Below are positions 16,672-20,051 of a DNA stretch of 20,051 bases, in pieces; position 1 is the first letter of the stretch; every line of letters starts with the position of its first letter. Made by a program: the position numbers and the translations under genes. This DNA comes from Candidatus Thorarchaeota archaeon (GTDB taxonomy: Archaea; Asgardarchaeota; Thorarchaeia; Thorarchaeales; Thorarchaeaceae), in contig RDOC01000012.1 in the NCBI GenBank assembly GCA_011364985.1, positions 1-20,051 of the forward strand, read 5' to 3'. The notes under the pieces were generated by a model, which saw only the letters and a list, made by a program, of their open reading frames with translations, was not told where the DNA came from and did no database searches.

Positions 16672-17676
16672 TCACATCTTGAAATAGGGGGTATCCGCAG
16701 GTGCATCGAATAGCTCTTTCAATTCGTCATCAAGCCGCATAAGGCTTAGCGAACACCCCATCATATCGATAGAGGTGCAATAGTTGCCAATAAGGGCCTT
16801 GTGGATGTCGATTTTCTTGCTAGTCAGAATTTCTTCAATCTTCCGGAATAGTATGAAGAGCTCCTGCAACGGAGTACTCCCTAATCCATTCAGCAAGAGA
16901 GCCACTTCATCATTACCTTTGAAAGGTAAGTCGTTCACTACTTTCATGGTCAAGATCTCTGCGACTTCGTCAGCTGACTTGACTTTCGTCCTTTCAATAC
17001 CTGGCTCGCCATGAATCCCCATTCCAATTTCCATCTCATCCTCGGAAATAGTGAAATTAGGCCTTCCTGTGGCTGGTAGAATGCAAGGTGACAACGCAAC
17101 GCCCATCGTTCGTGTGTTACTATTCGCCTTAAGGGCGGCATTCTTTACTTCCTCCAAGATTCCTCCTTGTTCAGCCTTTGCCCCTGCAACCTTTATTACG
17201 AATAAGTTTCCTGCGATGCCCCTTCTCTCCTGAGCTTGACTGGGAGGTGCAGATGCCACATCATCTGTCACATTAACAATCTCAATTGGAATACCTTCTG
17301 CTTCAGCTCTCTCCTTGGATATTCCAAGATTCATCTTGTCCCCTTCATAATTGCCTAGCAGGTAGAGCACTCCTTCTCCGCCATCTATCGCCTTTGTGCC
17401 CTTGTATGCGGCATCAGGAGTGGGAGAGGAGAAAATCTCGCCAACAATAACTGCATCGTACATTCCTTCTCCAGTGTATCCGAACCAGAATGGCTCGTGA
17501 CCACTTCCGCCCCCTACGAGAATGCCGACCTTTCCCTGAACAGGTGCATTCTTTCTGACAACAACGCGTACATCTTCCAGTTTCTTTACGTACGAAGGGA
17601 ATGCTTTAACAAATCCCTCCACTTCTTCATCAGCTACTCTTAAGGGGTCATTGATGAGCTTCTTCACTTTCCTCAT
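16672..17676 (-). CDS. dhaK: Dihydroxyacetone kinase substrate-binding subunit K (DAK1 domain)
   Basis: 'KKLINDP', 'GGGSGHEP', 'NYEGD', 'RRGIAG', 'GMGIHGEPG' (substrate-binding His), 'NGLGSTP'. Confidence 0.95.
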   Translation of the reverse strand: MRKVKKLINDPLRVADEEVEGFVKAFPSYVKKLEDVRVVVRKNAPVQGKVGILVGGGSGHEPFWFGYTGEGMYDAVIVGEIFSSPTPDAAYKGTKAIDGGEGVLYLLGNYEGDKMNLGISKERAEAEGIPIEIVNVTDDVASAPPSQAQERRGIAGNLFVIKVAGAKAEQGGILEEVKNAALKANSNTRTMGVALSPCILPATGRPNFTISEDEMEIGMGIHGEPGIERTKVKSADEVAEILTMKVVNDLPFKGNDEVALLLNGLGSTPLQELFILFRKIEEILTSKKIDIHKALIGNYCTSIDMMGCSLSLMRLDDELKELFDAPADTPYFKM

Positions 17677-17724
17677 TCCTCAATACTTGCTGTACATAGT
17701 GTGAAATTCTTTTGATGATTCTTC

Positions 17725-18615
17725 TTAAGCCTCTCGCTGTTCTTCTCCGAATAGGCCTGTGGGCTTGACCAGAAGAATTAGTATCATGAAAATAAAACCG
17801 TAAATGTCTCTATACGATGAGACAAACAATACAGAAGCAATGGCCTCGATCATTGCAAGTAGGACCCCTCCAACCAATCCTCCCATAATCGATCCTACTC
17901 CACCGATGACTATTATTTGAAATCCCTTCATGGTTGATATTTTTCCAGATTGAGCAGTGAGGGGAAAGACAGCAGCAAGAAGCGCACCTGCGGCTGCTGC
18001 AAATGCGACTCCGATGGCAAAGGCAATCATATCGTATTTGCGTAAGTCCATACCTATGCTCTCTGCAGCCACTCGATTTTGCGCACAAGCCCGTAGACCC
18101 TTGCCGGTCCAAGTATACTTCGTTGCTATGAGAAACACGGCAATGATAAGGATAGTGGAGAAGAGGGCGATTATCTTATTGCCGTCGATAGACATGCCAA
18201 AGAAAGTGACTACTCCCCAGTATGATGGAGGGGCATGATAGGTGGGACCTAGTAACCAAGCTAGAAGGTTTATGATTAGGACAGAGGTGATGATTGTAAT
18301 GATAGTTGCGAATTCTTCTTTCTTTTCACCGCTCTCAGAATACATGGGTTTCAGTAGGAATTTCTGATATAGTGCTCCCAAGAGAGCTACAGACCCCATT
18401 GAAATAATGATTGCCACCCACCAGAGTGAGGGACCAAGAAAGAGCACTATCAAGTAGTATTGGACGTATCCGCCAATTAGATAAAACTCACCCATTGCCC
18501 AGTTTATGATCTTGACCACATTAAGTACGAAATTTATGCCAATTGCTAACAGGCTGTAGATGAATCCTGTGACAAAGGCTAGAAAAATCATATGGAAGAT
18601 GGTTGCTACGTCCAT
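17725..18615 (-). CDS. livH: Branched-chain amino acid-type (HAAT) ABC transporter permease, LivH-like
   Basis: 'IYSLLAIG', 'IINWAMGEF', 'TWTGKGLRACAQN..AAESIG', 'IVIGGVGS', 'LVKPTGLFG'. ATG at 18615 has GGAGG 8 nt upstream; alternative start 18630. Confidence 0.9.
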   Translation of the reverse strand: MDVATIFHMIFLAFVTGFIYSLLAIGINFVLNVVKIINWAMGEFYLIGGYVQYYLIVLFLGPSLWWVAIIISMGSVALLGALYQKFLLKPMYSESGEKKEEFATIITIITSVLIINLLAWLLGPTYHAPPSYWGVVTFFGMSIDGNKIIALFSTILIIAVFLIATKYTWTGKGLRACAQNRVAAESIGMDLRKYDMIAFAIGVAFAAAAGALLAAVFPLTAQSGKISTMKGFQIIVIGGVGSIMGGLVGGVLLAMIEAIASVLFVSSYRDIYGFIFMILILLVKPTGLFGEEQREA

Positions 18616-18649
18616 ACATCCAGCCTCCATATGATCTTTCTATTTGAGT

Positions 18650-19891
18650 TTATCCTTCCAGTATCTCGACCCGAGTCTGGTAGTCTCCGGTCGCCTTATC
18701 TGCAGGAAAGATAATGGTTGTGTCTTCGAGAGCCTGGCCATATTCTGTGAATTGGCACATCATCACTGGTGGTGATGCTTGGTGATAATATGGTCCAAGG
18801 GTCGTACCGAAGGTTATTGTTGATCCCCAGCGTTCCAATGGATTCCCTTCCAGAGCATCTCTGATGGCTTCTGAGTTTATTGAACCAGCTAATTCGATAG
18901 CTTGTGCGACGCACATGACATCGCTGTAACCGTTAAGACCATAATATTCTGGGGCAGATCCGTACTCGATATACCATCCTTCGCAGGCGCGATCACCTTG
19001 TTCTGTCAAGGTCATCCCCGGATGATATGACTCAGTTTCAACAATTCCTATACCTGCGTCACCTACGGCTTCCCAAGCTCCCTCTTGTGGCATCTCGGGC
19101 GCGGCCGCCACAAAGGCAGTTTCGTTGGATAGACCAATCTCAGCCGATTGCTTGGTAACTAGGTAAAAGAATAGTTGACTTGCGATTTCTAATACCATGT
19201 CAGGTTCCCAATCTTTTACTTCGAGAAGCTGTGGAGTGTAGTCAATTGATTCTCTGCTAACCACCCATGACTCAATTACCGCTTCTGGATACACGTCAGG
19301 CTGTCTCTTTTCAACCCACTCAATACCTCCAACACCCCAGTCTGTATCTTCTGCAACAATGGCAATCTTTGTCCAATTCATGTAGTCCGCAAATTCCAGC
19401 CATGCTGTAGCTCTGTCGATGTCTGTGATGTGGGCTCTGAATGTATAAGTCAAGTTCTTTGCTGTGATCATGACGTTTCCAGCGCCACTGGCTAGCAACG
19501 GAACATGGTATTGTTCACAAATATCTTGAACTGCTAGGACAACTGAGCTGTGAAGCATCCCTACTATTGCCGCCACATTGTCCTCGGTAATTAGCTTAGT
19601 AGCTGCAGCTACACCTTTTTCGACCTGCCCGCTTGAATCGCCAATAACAAGTTCAACGGGGCGTCCAAGCAGACCTCCGTCTTCGTTTATATGCTGTACG
19701 GCTAGCTCGGCGCCTCTTTTTATATTAGCGGCACACAAGTAAGCTCCTGGTGGGGAAAGTCCTGATATGAACCCTATCTTGATTGTCTCTTCGGCAGCGG
19801 GCGCCATAGAACTCCACAAGACTATTCCACCAACTGTACCTATAGCGATAATTGCTATTACAACGATCGCATAGGTCTGATTTTTCTCCAT
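18650..19891 (-). CDS. Liv-type (LivJ/K, periplasmic binding protein type 1) ABC substrate-binding protein with N-terminal TM anchor
   Basis: ATG at 19891 follows GGAAGGAG. TM 'YAIVVIAIIAIGTVGGIVLW', then 'IKIGFISGLS', 'INEDGGLLGRPVELVIGDS', 'HSSV', 'YTFR'. Confidence 0.9.
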   Translation of the reverse strand: MEKNQTYAIVVIAIIAIGTVGGIVLWSSMAPAAEETIKIGFISGLSPPGAYLCAANIKRGAELAVQHINEDGGLLGRPVELVIGDSSGQVEKGVAAATKLITEDNVAAIVGMLHSSVVLAVQDICEQYHVPLLASGAGNVMITAKNLTYTFRAHITDIDRATAWLEFADYMNWTKIAIVAEDTDWGVGGIEWVEKRQPDVYPEAVIESWVVSRESIDYTPQLLEVKDWEPDMVLEIASQLFFYLVTKQSAEIGLSNETAFVAAAPEMPQEGAWEAVGDAGIGIVETESYHPGMTLTEQGDRACEGWYIEYGSAPEYYGLNGYSDVMCVAQAIELAGSINSEAIRDALEGNPLERWGSTITFGTTLGPYYHQASPPVMMCQFTEYGQALEDTTIIFPADKATGDYQTRVEILEG

Positions 19892-19926
19892 TTTGGTGCT
19901 CCTTCCTATATCATCGTAGCCCCATT

Positions 19927-19983
19927 GGGCTTTACGAGTTACTTTTTGTAAAATCAATCGGGCTTATTAACGTTTTTGTAAAA
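19927..19983. promoter_or_regulatory. Imperfect direct repeat / candidate operator upstream of the transporter-dha cluster
   Basis: GGGCTT..TTTTTGTAAAA occurs twice; the TTTTTGTAAAA cores at 19943 and 19973 are 30 bp apart. Confidence 0.4.
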
Positions 19984-20051
19984 AGGTGAGCGTATTATAA
20001 CATAATGCACTAAATCACGCATCGAAATTTAGAACTAATGCAAAGTATTTA

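Noticed and set aside
1213-18914. Numerous antisense/alternate-frame ORFs in the track (e.g. 1213-1671, 1959-2354, 4008-4394, 10725-11114, 17957-18238)
   Set aside because: They lie wholly or largely opposite or within well-supported genes and carry no motifs.

Overview
Archaeal chromosomal window. TATA boxes sit about 22-50 nt upstream of starts, GGAGG/GGTGA-type RBSs are present, and there is a Thr-linker/C-terminal-TM surface glycoprotein; by inference the gene styles fit an Asgard (Thorarchaeia-like) archaeon. Left to right: a 3'-truncated radical SAM/SPASM gene missed by the ORF track, GNAT acetyltransferase, flavodoxin-like protein, prenyltransferase/squalene-cyclase-repeat protein, small membrane/PH-like protein, class II aldolase, 874-aa surface glycoprotein with three tandem CBM-like repeats, a composite aldolase+GNAT pseudogene relic, a Zn-ribbon microprotein, a conserved archaeal hypothetical, a two-gene module (DUF3307-C-like membrane protein + SatD-family nucleotide-cyclase-fold/HTH protein) preceded by three phased palindromic boxes, a frameshifted DUF6265-like gene, a wHTH regulator-tldD-tldE operon with a 24-bp palindrome, an oligopeptidase B relic, a CPBP/CAAX protease, and a Liv-type binding protein-livH-dhaK-dhaL cluster. 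I recognised no rRNA, tRNA, CRISPR or transposase. The best candidate for an undescribed system is the SatD cyclase-fold/membrane-partner module with its operator array (8647-9883). Family assignments come from motif recognition by eye, not database searches.
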